Position numbers and translations under genes: made by a program. The notes beneath the pieces are model-generated. The model worked only from the letters and a program-made list of their open reading frames with translations, did no database searches and had not been told where the DNA came from. Shown here one piece after another: positions 1-13,863 of a stretch of DNA of 64,000 nt; the stretch's first letter is position 1, and each line of letters starts with the position of its first letter. This stretch comes from Nemertoderma westbladi (Eukaryota > Animalia > Xenacoelomorpha). The stretch spans positions 1 to 64,000 of the forward strand of contig JAUCBJ010008641.1 in NCBI GenBank assembly GCA_032718475.1, given 5' to 3'.

Positions 1-571
1 AACATGTTAAACTCATAAAGTAATATATTAAATATTTTAGGCGTGGAGGCGACCCAATTTGTAAGAAATATAAAACTTACATTATGCCGATAGTATTGAT
101 ACTGAGATATTAATTTATCATTTGTCAACACCTCAACGAAATCATTTTAGCTAATTATTCTGAAGAATCATGACTAAGTACTCCGCCAATTATTTTGTAA
201 GCTAAACACAATAACCAAGCTGGCTTATTAGTCTGGCTCATTACAATGCTGCCTTTGAGTAGAGGTGAGGTGTGGTTGGACTGGTTCCCCTTCCAAGCTA
301 GGCTAGGCATGCTTGCTATTGCAAGCATGTCAACGAAGGAGGGAACTATAGCTGGAGACGGGGCATTTTAATAAGTTAATTAGGTTTAGATCAATTAAAA
401 ACACATTTCTTAAAGCAAATCTCTTGAACTAATTAAAAACTATTATGGAATGGGGTATTCGGAATACAGTTGTATAATTTTTAAGTATAATTATTTAAAT
501 CTTATACTAGAAAATAATTAATACCTTTTAAGAGACGGGTTGAAATTGCTGTTTTTACCCTAATCAACTTA

Positions 572-838
572 GGCCCGGCGCACACTAGAGATGCAAGATG
601 CAAAAAAGGACATCCTCGATGTTCTATTTTTTGCATCTTGCATCTCGAATATAGAATACATGGTAGACTATGGGAGGCCGTACACTAGAGATGCAAGATG
701 CTAAATTCTTTGAAATATACATTAATGTAATCAAAGTATAATATATAGAAAATATAATACGATGCATCTTGCATCTCTACTGTACGTCGGGAACGATTTT
801 TGCATCTTGTATCTTGCATCTCTAGTGTGCGGCGGGCC
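572..838. mobile_element. Small non-autonomous TIR element (MITE), PIF/Harbinger-like
   Basis: Left end ggcccggcgcacactagagatgcaagat is a near-perfect inverted repeat of right end atcttgcatctctagtgtgcggcgggcc. Flanks are TTA and TAA (TA/TWA-type site). Extra internal copies of the tacactagagatgcaagatgc motif lie at about 680-700 and, inverted, at about 763-785. Confidence 0.75.
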
Positions 839-1771
839 TAAATTAACGAATTAACTGCTATTATCTTACCTTCTCGAAGGCCACACGGAAATTCAACTTG
901 GAAAATTTCTAAACTTTTGCCAGACTACATGTGTACCAAGTTTGGTTAAGTTTCATTAACATTTGGCTGAGTTATTAACGTTTAAATTTGACACAACAGA
1001 CAGAACGACAGACACACCGATTGAGTTACTGGTACCCGTATGCTAAGCTCGCTTACTTTCGTGGCTCGCCCCACATTATTCTTAAAGTACTCAAGATTGA
1101 GTGTTTCCCAATCAGTTCACCCCCTCCTCTGGAAGAAGGCACCAACCAGATTTACCATAATTAATGTGTGAGAGAAGTTTGCGACACTCAAATAGAGAGG
1201 AGTACTCCAACACACTCACTGCGCCTCTCCCATCATGACACACAGTGAGTGATAATTAATTGTCATATGAGCGACGTGACTCAAAGCAATTGACTCTGAC
1301 ATCTGAGTCATATCCCCTTTGGACTAAACACTTCATAGATTGCAACGGCATGGTAGGGTCTTCCTTGCAGCTCTTAGAGCTGAGTTGATGTGTAAACAAA
1401 CAGTAAACGGGTTACGATATGGAGAATATTTCATAGTTAAATGAGTAAATAAATTACAAAAATGATCATCTCACCAATTATTAGCAACAATTATTAATCT
1501 CACCTAATATTGAGTGCGTTTACATTATTCTTGTAAAAGTGTTTCCTTAAAAGTGGAACGAGTAAGATGCCGCAACGCAGCAAACATCAAGTATTACTAT
1601 TGAATTATACATAATCAGGCGGTCATGCACTAGTAAGGTAAAGGTATTGAGTAATGTGTTAATAAACTATTAGTTCTTAGTTAAATAAACTAATTACCGT
1701 TAAATACACTGACATGTCAACTCAGAACATAAAGTGACTATTCTTTCTCTGTCATCTATAGTCTTAGAGGC

Positions 1772-2992
1772 TCATTTAAGTTCTGGCGGTACAATAACTT
1801 CAATACTACATAATCCATCATCTGTTTTTTTCGTATTTATATCACAATCAGATGTTAAATTACCAATATTTTGGTCTGTTATATGACTTTGCTGTTCATT
1901 TAGGCGGCGTAAACTTGTGGGCAGAACATGTTCTTCTTGACTCCTACGCCGACACATTACCAAATTTTTGAGACCCTTTCGAAAAATTGATGAAAAACAG
2001 CAGTAAATAACAGGATTTATAGCGCAGGCTAAATAGCCGCAGTAAAACCCGACGACTTGAATCCAATTCCTATCATTGCTATCCGATATCATCTTGTACG
2101 CCAGAAGATAATTAGAAATGCAACGTGGTAGCCAACAAAGCAGAAACGTTACTGGCACCACAATCATCCAAACAATAAGGACCTTTTTATGTCTAACATT
2201 TACCATCATACGTTTATTTTCAACCATTTTGGTTTTATCCTTAAGAAATGTTCTCAGCATATCAACACTTTCGCGCCTTCTGTAATTTCGACCAGGTACT
2301 GGACTTGATAAGAGTTCGTTGATCGTTTTCAAAAGTTCCCGACAGATTCTCATGTAGATAACAAACATAGTTATACCTGGAATCAGCAGGAAAATTATAC
2401 TTTCCGAAATAATAAGGGCTTTTGTGTTGATATGGGGGCGAACTGTACATTGAGTAACTATTACACCCCGATAACGTATTGCTCGCTCGGAATCGCGGAC
2501 TACAGTCCGGTAAAAAGCGAGATACATCGAATTAATTGTTATCGAAATTAGCCATACAAATATAGCAATGCCAATAATTCGAGACCAAATGAATAGGCGT
2601 CTAGCCAAGAACACATCCACAATAGATATATAGCGAATAACGCAAATACAGACAAGGAAAAAAATGGATGCAGAAAAATTTGTGTAGAAGATAAAATGTG
2701 TAAATTTGCACATAAAGTCACCAATGTTCCATTCAACATAACGGGTGTTAAGTATCATCATCTCTGGTATAACAAGAAGAAATCCCACCATTAAATCAGC
2801 GACACAAACGTTTACCAAAAAGAAGTTTGTTGGATTCTGCATCTCTTTGTTTGTAGCGATCACTAGCAACATCAGGGTGTTACCAACAACTATAAGTGAG
2901 CACACCAGTGGGTAGGCAATGTTTATGAAAGGTAGTTGGTTCTGCATTACATATAGCCGCAATGAAGGTAGTGAAGAAGAGTTAAGATCCAT
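1772..2992 (-). CDS. Intronless class A (rhodopsin-like) neuropeptide-type GPCR, 406 aa; trissin-receptor-like by remembered similarity
   Basis: Seven hydrophobic segments. Motifs: TM1 GN, TNFFLVNVCVADL (TM2), WxxGDFMCK (ECL1/TM3), IRY at the DRY position, CWLP (TM6), NPVIY (TM7), helix-8 FRKGL and an N-glycosylation sequon NSS at the N-terminus. Confidence 0.93.
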   Translation of the reverse strand: MDLNSSSLPSLRLYVMQNQLPFINIAYPLVCSLIVVGNTLMLLVIATNKEMQNPTNFFLVNVCVADLMVGFLLVIPEMMILNTRYVEWNIGDFMCKFTHFIFYTNFSASIFFLVCICVIRYISIVDVFLARRLFIWSRIIGIAIFVWLISITINSMYLAFYRTVVRDSERAIRYRGVIVTQCTVRPHINTKALIISESIIFLLIPGITMFVIYMRICRELLKTINELLSSPVPGRNYRRRESVDMLRTFLKDKTKMVENKRMMVNVRHKKVLIVWMIVVPVTFLLCWLPRCISNYLLAYKMISDSNDRNWIQVVGFYCGYLACAINPVIYCCFSSIFRKGLKNLVMCRRRSQEEHVLPTSLRRLNEQQSHITDQNIGNLTSDCDINTKKTDDGLCSIEVIVPPELK

Positions 2993-4084
2993 ATTTTCTA
3001 AAGCTAGAGGACTACCAGTAATGAATAGTAGAATTGTATCTATTGTACAGCAATATGAATTGGAGACTTATGACTTGACTAGAAAACAGAAAGTTCATAT
3101 CATACAATCATAAGTTTCAGCACTCCCCTACAATTTCGACGAACCTAGACAACGTACTACTTTGTTGTTCTCTATGTTACGACGAACCTAGACAACGTAC
3201 TACTTTGTTACTATCTTGTAAAACTGAAATTATCTAAAACTAGTATAACTCTTATTTACGAATACTTACAGATATTATCTATATTTTCAAATATTTTTTA
3301 CTCTGGAGATATTGATGACGCTCAACAAGCTGCTCTATAATTCCGTAGATTAGTAAGACTGTTACTCTCTTCAATACCGAGGGATGTTGCGATGCCCAAT
3401 CAATAATTCTGTCTCCAACATTAGAACTAACAGGTTAATGGCCGGAGTTCATAATACGCCTTTAGTCGAATAAGTCAATCATATGTCATCGACGTGACTA
3501 CGAATTCTATTATTGTTCATCCAATAAAAGTTGTAGCTGTTTTACAAGCGCGAGTGTCTAAAGGTTCGTTGGGATTCCATTAACCAAAAATGAATCAGCT
3601 GCCTTATTGTCATCATTAACACCAAGAACAGGAGTAATAAATAATACATTTATTGCCACGGCGGCATATAAGATTACGGATGAAATGATCTAACTAAGAA
3701 AGATAATATTTATATTGTACGTTGGAATCCTGAAATACATTGGACCAAATTTTAGGGAAAAAGCATCATTCTTTTGGTTGCACTTTTCGTGCCAGATGAT
3801 AGTACCTTTCGGTGCACAGCAATAACATTTTCATATTTCAATTTATCTTGGATTTCATGTCTGTTTTGCTTTTTTGGCTCCCAAATCAAATGATAGAACC
3901 TGAAAAAATTGAAAATGAGGAAATAGCATTTTCATGTTTACCATAAATGATGTGTGTGCCACACCAAAAATAGTTATATTTTCTAAACGTGTACCAAATG
4001 ATGATTTTTTCTTCCGCCAATATATAGGGAAGAGACTCGGTAATCGGTGACACGGTAATCGAGTAATACATAGTACTACGTATC

Positions 4085-5800
4085 AGAACACTGAACCATC
4101 TATATATCAATCTACAGCTCATCAATCTGCCTGCTGCATTGTAGCTGTGCATTGAGATGCTATGCTGGCTTAATAAACATATTTTTGCCACCACCGATGC
4201 AATCCACAATTGGCAAGCCCTAATGCAGCGTGCATTAAGAATGCTATGCCAGCTTATCGACAAAATAGCACCGCGATAATTCCCTATCCGCCATGACTTT
4301 CTCGATATTATCGGCATCTTCAAGGCCAGTGTCCTTTAAGAGGCGTATCAAGAAAGTCATGGGCTGTCCACCATGCTTTTTCTCTCCATGGGGCTACCAA
4401 AGTACAAGGTTGAGCACAGGCTGGTCCTCACGGCGAAAGCAATGTCCTGTAAAGCGGAGGCGGCTTGTTCTAATGTCAAGCTTGGGTGGACCAATGAGAC
4501 ACCTCCAATGTTATATAGTGTCTGGTTGGAGATGTGTGCACTATACTTGACAAAGTGACTTCCAAATCCTGGAAAGCCTATTCAAGGCTGCCCATGCCTT
4601 TCCCTTACGTATTCGAAGGTCCTCACCTGACTTCCGGATCGTCCACATTCTCAAGTATACCTTGTTTATGCTTTATGTTTACAAGTTTATGCTCATACTG
4701 TACTATCATACTTTTTCTGAGGACTTTCGAAGTTAACTGTGAAAATTGTGGTCTTCTTGGAGTTACCAAAAAGACCAACACTAGAAGCAGCCTGTTTGAA
4801 TGAGCAGAGGAGCCGTTGGGATCCATCTAGTGTTTCTGAGAGTACTCCTAAGTCATCAGCAAAGTGCTTGGTGCAGTGCTTGGACGGATTACCTCGACTT
4901 CTGGAGTAAGTAGGTGGTGTTACCATCACCAAATCGTCATTATGATGATCTAAGGATATGCATAGCACATAGTCAACCACAATTATGAATAGTAAAGGCT
5001 CACGTGTGTCACCCAGGAGGACTAAAACTTCACAAACTTGGATCTGTGTCACCCATTAATGATAGAAACAAATGTTGTCGAACCATCATATAGTGATCTG
5101 ATTGCTGCTGATCAGCTGATGATTCTGACTTGACCTTGGTAGTTGGTTGGCTTTTCCTTACGGTCAGCAAGTTGTTTGTACAAGTTTGCAAGTTGTCAGC
5201 AAGTTCCATGCCTAGGATTGATTGCCTGCTGTCATCTGTATGATTGATAGCATCAACATGGTGGTTGATAAACTCCTGTAGATTATTATTATTATTAGAA
5301 CTGCCTGTTTAGGGACGACCTAGATGCAGCCTTAACTGCATTTTTGGCAGCTGTGGTTGTAGTCCGTTTGAATGCCTAAGTCTCTGCACGCCCGAATTCT
5401 GTGGTTAGTCCAGGGTACTTTTTTCTGCTTCGAGGTTATACAGGAACTGCTTCAGCAACTGCTGCCTTAACTGCCTCTATGAAGTCAGCATAGCTCTCAC
5501 AGTAATTTGTTGCCTCAGATTCAGGGGCCTCATACCTGTTGCTCAAATTCTAGCAATCACTGCCCATCCAGTGAAGTCTATCCTATATCCTAGTTGTTCA
5601 ACGTTACGATGGGGCGCATAACGAATCCATCGTAAGCTTTTGTGATTTTTTATGTTAGCGGATTGAGACCTCTGATCGGGTTCCTGTAGGGGTTGTGAAC
5701 GGTCTCATTCCTTTGGGCGTCGTCGACTTACCAGCCCTAGAGATCAGGGGTCCTTCTGTGTAGGGAAAGTCCCGGTCGAGGGTTTGTTAGAAAGGAGTGT
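4085..5800 (-). mobile_element. Degenerate, internally deleted RTE-clade LINE (family A)
   Basis: Broken minus-strand frames give LGDTREPLLFIIVVDYVL and HFADDLGVLSE (RT core). The DNA is colinear with the copy at 29790-30660. 5400-5545 reads LSNRYEA...YADFIEAVKAAVAEAVP, typical of the RTE EN-RT linker. The 5' boundary is approximate. Confidence 0.85.
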
Positions 5801-6302
5801 AGAAGCGTCTGAGAAGTTGTAAAGACAGAATAATACAATGTAAGAGTCACAATAGTAGGCGTACAATGATTACTTGATATAATGAGTCCTGTCGATCTCA
5901 TAAGAACACTTTCTTCGCACATGAGTAGAATATTATCGCGCATAGGATATACGAACACAACTTGTTCTATCCCACGATAATGAGAATACCTCATGAATAA
6001 ATTAAACCTCACAAGTCCCCACAACCTTAATGAATACGCCACGCTCGACGTCTTTTAGAAACGTTAAATACTTAAAAATAAACCTTGTAAACCTTGTTAC
6101 AGCACCAACTTCATATCAATATAATCATTGAGGTATCAACACCGAGTGAGAACATGAGGATGAAACAATATCCACTAATATTTACTGAAAGGATAACAAT
6201 AACTTCCTCTACAAATTGCACTTCCCCTTTGGCCGATGAATCCATGCAAAGCCTGAGTTAAATGTGATCTAATAATACTACCTATCCTATATTTACTTGC
6301 GT

Positions 6303-9300
6303 TACACCCCTTAATCAGCCATCACATAGGTCGTACACCCCCACTGCTACCTGGAACCACATACAATCACACCCCGTACTCAGCCATCACATAGGTCGTA
6401 CACCCCCACTGCTACCTGGAACCACATACAATCACACCCCATACTCAGCCATCACATAGGTCGTACACCCCCACTGCTACCTGGAACCACATACAATCAC
6501 ACCCCGTACTCAGCCATCACATAGGTCGTACACCCCCACTGCTACCTGGAACCACATACAATCACACCCCGTACTCAGCCATCACATAGGTCGTACACCC
6601 CCACTGCCTGGAACCACATACAATCACACCCCGTACTCAGCCATCACATAGGTCGTACACCCCCTCTGCTACCTGGAACCACATACAATCACACCCCGTA
6701 CTCAGCCATCACATAGGTCGTACACCCCCACTGCTACCTGGAACCACATACAATCACACCCCATACTCAGCCATCACATAGGTCGTACACCCCCACTGCT
6801 ACCTGGAACCACATACAATCACACCCCGTACTCAGCCATCACATAGGTCGTACTCCCCCACTGCTACCTGGAACCACATACAATCACACCCCGTACTCAG
6901 CCATCACATAGGTCGTACACCCCCACTGCTACCTGGAACCACATACAATCACACCCCGTACTCAGCCATCACATAGGTCGTACACCCCCACTGCTACCTG
7001 GAACCACATACAATCACACCCCATACTCAGCCATCACATAGGTCGTACACCCCCACTGCCTGGAACCACATACAATCACACCCCATACTCAGCCATCACA
7101 TAGGTCGTACACCCCCACTACCTGGAACCACATACAATCACACCCCATACTCAGCCATCACATAGGTCGTACACCCCCACTGCCTGGAACCACATACAAT
7201 CACACCCCATACTCAGCCATCACATAGGTCGTACACCCCCACTGCCTGGAACCACATACAATCACACCCCATACTCAGCCATCACATAGGTCGTACACAC
7301 CCACTGCCTGGAACCACATACACTCACACCCCATACTCAGCCATCACATAGGTCGTACACCCCCACTGCTACCTGGAACCACATACAATCACACCCCGTA
7401 CTCAGCCATCACATAGGTCGTACACCCCCACTGCTACCTGGAACCACATACAATCACACCCCGTACTCAGCCATCACATAGGTCGTACACCCCCACTGCT
7501 ACCTGGAACCACATACAATCACACCCCGTACTCAGCCATCACATAGGTCGTACACTCCCACTGCTACCTGGAACCACATACAATCACACCCCGTACTCAG
7601 CCATCACATAGGTCGTACACCCCCACTGCTACCTGGAACCACATACAATCACATCCCATACTCAGCCATCACATAGGTCGTACACCCCCACTGCTACCTG
7701 GAACCACATACAATCACACCCCGTACTCAGCCATCACATAGGTCGTACACCCCCACTGCTACCTGGAACCACATACAATCACACCCCGTACTCAGCCATC
7801 ACATAGGTCGTACACCCCCACTGCTACCTGGAACCACATACAATCACACCCCGTACTCAGCCATCACATAGGTCGTACACCCCCACTGCTACCTGGAACC
7901 ACATACAATCACACCCCGTACTCAGCCATCACATAGGTCGTACACCCCCACTGCTACCTGGAACCACATACAATCACACCCCGTACTCAGCCATCACATA
8001 GGTCGTACACTCCCACTGCTACCTGGAACCACATACAATCACACCCCGTACTCAGCCATCACATAGGTCGTACACCCCCACTGCTACCTGGAACCACATA
8101 CAATCACATCCCATACTCAGCCATCACATAGGTCGTACACCCCCACTGCTACCTGGAACCACATACACTCACACCCCATACTCAGCCATCACATAGGTCG
8201 TACACCCCCACTGCTACCTGGAACCACATACAATCACACCCCGTACTCAGCCATCACATAGGTCGTACACCCCCACTGCTACCTGGAACCACATACAATC
8301 ACACCCCGTACTCAGCCATCACATAGGTCGTACACCCCCACTGCTACCTGGAACCACATACAATCACACCCCGTACTCAGCCATCACATAGGTCGTACAC
8401 TCCCACTGCTACCTGGAACCACATACAATCACACCCCGTACTCAGCCATCACATAGGTCGTACACCCCCACTGCTACCTGGAACCACATACAATCACATC
8501 CCATACTCAGCCATCACATAGGTCGTACACCCCCACTGCTACCTGGAACCACATACACTCACACCCCATACTCAGCCATCACATAGGTCGTACACCCCCA
8601 CTGCTACCTGGAACCACATACAATCACACCCCGTACTCAGCCATCACATAGGTCGTACACCCCCACTGCTACCTGGAACCACATACAATCACACCCCGTA
8701 CTCAGCCATCACATAGGTCGTACACCCCCACTGCTACCTGGAACCACATACAATCACACCCCGTACTCAGCCATCACATAGGTCGTACACTCCCACTGCT
8801 ACCTGGAACCACATACAATCACACCCCGTACTCAGCCATCACATAGGTCGTACACCCCCACTGCTACCTGGAACCACATACAATCACATCCCATACTCAG
8901 CCATCACATAGGTCGTACACCCCCACTGCTACCTGGAACCACATACAATCACACCCCGTACTCAGCCATCACATAGGTCGTACACCCCCACTGCTACCTG
9001 GAACCACATACAATCACACCCCGTACTCAGCCATCACATAGGTCGTACACTCCCACTGCTACCTGGAACCACATACAATCACACCCCGTACTCAGCCATC
9101 ACATAGGTCGTACACCCCCACTGCTACCTGGAACCACATACAATCACACCCCATACTCAGCCATCACATAGGTCGTACACCCCCACTGCTACCTGGAACC
9201 ACATACAATCACATCCCATACTCAGCCATCACATAGGTCGTACACCCCCACTGCTACCTGGAACCACATACAATCACACCCCGTACTCAGCCATCACATA

Positions 9301-11922
9301 GGTCGTACACTCCCACTGCTACCTGGAACCACATACAATCACACCCCGTACTCAGCCATCACATAGGTCGTACACTCCCACTGCTACCTGGAACCACATA
9401 CAATCACACCCCGTACTCAGCCATCACATAGGTCGTACACCCCCACTGCTACCTGGAACCACATACAATCACATCCCATACTCAGCCATCACATAGGTCG
9501 TACACCCCCACTGCTACCTGGAACCACATACACTCACACCCCGTACTCAGCCATCACATAGGTCGTACACCCCCACTGCTACCTGGAACCACATACAATC
9601 ACACCCCGTACTCAGCCATCACATAGGTCGTACACCCCCACTGCTACCTGGAAACACATTCAATCACACCTCGTACTCAGCCATCACATAGGTCGTACAC
9701 CCCCACTGCCTGGAACCACATACAATCACACCCCGTACTCAGCCATCACATAGGTCGTACACCCCCACTGCTACCTGGAACCACATACAATCACACCACG
9801 TACTCAGCCATCACATAGGTCGTACACCCCCACTGCTACCTGGAACCACATACAATCACACCCCATACTCAGCCATCACATAGGTCGTACACCCCCACTG
9901 CTACCTGGAAACACATTCAATCACACCTCGTACTCAGCCATCACATAGGTCGTACACCCCCACTGCCTGGAACCACATACAATCACACCCCGTACTCAGC
10001 CATCACATAGGTCGTACACCCCCACTGCCTGGAACCACATTCAATCACACCGTACTCAGCCATCACATAGGTCGTACACCCCCACTGCCTGGAACCACAT
10101 ACAATCACACCCCGTACTCAGCCATCACATAGGTCGTACACCCCCACTGCTACCTGGAACCACATACAATCACACCCCGTACTCAGCCATCACATAGGTC
10201 GTACACCCCCACTGCTACCTGGAACCACATACAATCACACCCCGTACTCAGCCATCACATAGGTCGTACACCCCCACTGCCTGGAACCACATACAATCAC
10301 ACCCCGTACTCAGCTATCACATAGGTCGTACCCCCCCCCCCCCCCCCCCCCACTGCTACCTGGAAGCACATTCAATCACACTCCTTACTCAGCCATCACA
10401 TAGGTCGTACACCCCCACTGCCTGGAACCACATACACTCACACCCCATACTCAGCCATCACATAGGTCGTACACCCCCACTGCTACCTGGAACCACATAC
10501 AATCACACCCCATACTCAGCCATCACATAGGTCGTACACCCCCACTGCTACCTGGAAACACATTCAATCACACCTCGTACTCAGCCATCACATAGGTCGT
10601 ACACCCCCACTGCCTGGAACCACATACAATCACACCCCGTACTCAGCCATCACATAGGTCGTACACCCCCACTGCCTGGAACCACATTCAATCACACCGT
10701 ACTCAGCCATCACATAGGTCGTACACCCCCACTGCCTGGAACCACATACAATCACACCCCGTACTCAGCCATCACATAGGTCGTACACCCCCACTGCTAC
10801 CTGGAACCACATACAATCACACCCCGTACTCAGCCATCACATAGGTCGTACACCCCCACTGCTACCTGGAACCACATACAATCACACCCCGTACTCAGCC
10901 ATCACATAGGTCGTACACCCCCACTGCTACCTGGAACCACATACAATCACACCCCGTACTCAGCCATCACATAGGTCGTACACCCCCACTGCTACCTGGA
11001 ACCACATACAATCACACCCCGTACTCAGCCATCACATAGGTCGTACACCCCCACTGCTACCTGGAACCACATACAATCATACAACGTACTCAGCCATCAC
11101 ATAGGTCGTACACCCCCACTGCTACCTGGAACCACATACAATCACACCCCGTACTCAGCCATCACATAGGTCGTACACCCCCACTGCTACCTGGAACCAC
11201 ATACAATCATACAACGTACTCAGCCATCACATAGGTCGTACACTCCCACTGCTACCTGGAACCACATACAATCACACCCCGTACTCAGCCATCACATAGG
11301 TCGTACACCCCCACTGCCTGGAACCACATACACTCACACCCCATACTCAGCCATCACATAGGTCGTACACCCCCACTGCTACCTGGAACCACATACAATC
11401 ACATCCCGTACTCAGCCATCACATAGGTCGTACACTCCCACTGCTACCTGGAACCACATACAATCACACCCCGTACTCAGCCATCACATAGGTCGTACAC
11501 CCCCACTGCCTGGAACCACATACACTCACACCCCATACTCAGCCATCACATAGGTCGTACACCCCCACTGCTACCTGGAACCACATACAATCACACCCCG
11601 TACTCAGCCATCACATAGGTCGTACACCCCCACTGCCTGGAACCACATACACTCACACCCCATACTCAGCCATCACATAGGTCGTACACCCCCACTGCTA
11701 CCTGGAACCACATACAATCACACCCCGTACTCAGCCATCACATAGGTCGTACACCCCCACTGCTACCTGGAACCACATACAATCATACAACGTACTCAGC
11801 CATCACATAGGTCGTACACCCCCCACTGCTACCTGGAACCACATACAATCACACCCCGTACTCAGCCATCACATAGGTCGTACTCCCCCACTGCTACCTG
11901 GAACCACATTCAATCACACCGC
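6303..11922. repeat. Satellite array, 65-bp unit (62-bp variant lacking 3 nt), roughly 86 copies
   Basis: Unit acatacaatcacaccccgtactcagccatcacataggtcgtacacccccactgctacctggaacc recurs at 7381, 7446, 7511 and onward. The array is very homogeneous, with a poly-C expansion at about 10331-10351. Confidence 0.98.
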
Positions 11923-13863
11923 ACTATATTGGAATCATAGTTATTGCATATCCTCCCCAATATCCATCGTAGATGATATATTACTAACAGAGTCGTGTGT
12001 CTTTTTTCCCACGTCTCCATTTGTGTAGTACAGTACATACCATAGCTAGCGACTAAAGCAGTGCTGGCGACCTAAACTTACACCATATAAACCATTGATT
12101 TTTCTAATTATTATTCAGCACATTGAAATGTGGCATTCCTAAAATTTCAGGCGTATTAATTGGTGATATTAATCAAGCCTGACCTACTGTATATGGAATA
12201 AGACCCCATGTCCTATTTTATTGTTTTCATACTACTGTATATATGGCCGGTACAAGATTTCGTCTAAAATGGCCCCTTCGCCCCTTGCTCTACCATATAC
12301 CATAATACTGTAGCTATATTGGCCATGGTCCCGCACCACCTACAGTATCATATGCACACTAGGCAGGTGGCAGGCCTGCGTTACCTTACTTTGAATATGC
12401 ATGAGCCTACACACACCACATACAGTATATATACTGTATACGAGGCATTATGTACTGTATAAAATTATTTGGCATATGATTTTACACTAACTCAATTCCC
12501 GTAAATTTAAATTTGAAATTACTCAGCGTATAGTTTCTACTAAGGTTTTGTATAACGAATGTAAATAATGTAAAACCCCTTATTAATTATATAGTTGACA
12601 AGTTACGGCTTCTTCTGGACGAATCACGTTAATTTAAAGGAAGCGGATTTGTCGGGGTATGTGGGATTATCGTTTGGCATTGCTATTGGTTGCGTCAGCT
12701 CTCCTTTAATTATTAGTGGGACTGAAAGGTTCTTGGATAATGGCTATCTTAAATCTTCTACAAATAGGAAATGAAATTTTAAGTCATGATTGTTGATTAA
12801 TTCTTGTGACATCCTACTAATTAGCCACAATATCTTGTCAAGGAAAAATATTTATATATTATTATGTAGGTTTTAATAAAGTTTGACTCTGGGATGCTGT
12901 AGGTAGGCCTACTAACTTAACTGGATGTTATATAGTGTCGAAGGTTCACGCACTTGACTTGAATAGATAAACAATAAATTTAATCCTTTTTTAGTGTTGT
13001 TTGAATCGAGTGCTGCGGTCAGATTGTGGCGTAAATTGACCGCAATTAAAGAAACAGTTACCGATATCTCCAGTGCAAATTAATCGCATATGAAGTAAAG
13101 CTTCGCTTATAGTTTTGAAAGAAAACACAGCCGCCGTAACCTGTTCCTTTCCCTTGGAAACGCCATCCTACTTTTCTTTTTGGAGAAGCTATTTAAATAC
13201 TTAAATTAAAATTATTTACTTAAAATTATTAGTTTATATAATAACTTTATTTATTTTAAGTAACCATATACAGTATTTAATTAATAATGAATGCTTAACT
13301 ATTTTCAAATGATCTCTTCAGAAATGAATTTAGCTTATCTTTTTGACATTAGGACATTGTGTTAATCAGAAAAACAATCAATTTAACGATTCAACAATTC
13401 ATCGATTTTTAACAATTAATTATTGAAAATCCACCAAATGATTCTGGAGACGCAATCGTTGCCTACAATGACCCACAAACACAGTATTGAAATCAGTTAA
13501 GAAATGGCGGGAAAGATTTATAGTTTAAAATGCACTTTTGAGAAAAAGGCATTTACGTAGAAAATTAATCTATAAATAATTTATCTACCTAAACAAACAA
13601 AAAGACATTTGAAAAAAATATATATAAAATTTATATATTTAAGTAAGCTAAAAACGTCCGCAATTAAACCGAATATATTTAAAACGAAGGACGATATTTA
13701 AAAATCATCGTTTGAAGATTTGAATGCGCCATCAAATTTTGAACTAAAATCCATTAAAAAAATAAATTTGCGTTTTTTTCACTATTCGTGGTGACCCTTA
13801 ATGTTTTAAATTAAATTAAGTTATTTTTTCAACCCGCTAACACATTTACTTGCTTTCACAGTA

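Noticed and set aside
3138-3209. Short local tandem duplications (also 18780-18907 and 27838-27880)
   Set aside because: Ordinary slippage-type duplications with no further structure.
6095-6115. Possible LTR primer-binding site (tggtgctgtaac on the - strand)
   Set aside because: No adjacent CA-ending LTR, second LTR or gag/pol sequence could be identified.
6303-11922. CRISPR-like periodicity (65 bp) of the large array
   Set aside because: Whole units are repeated with no unique spacers, there are no cas genes, and the context is eukaryotic.
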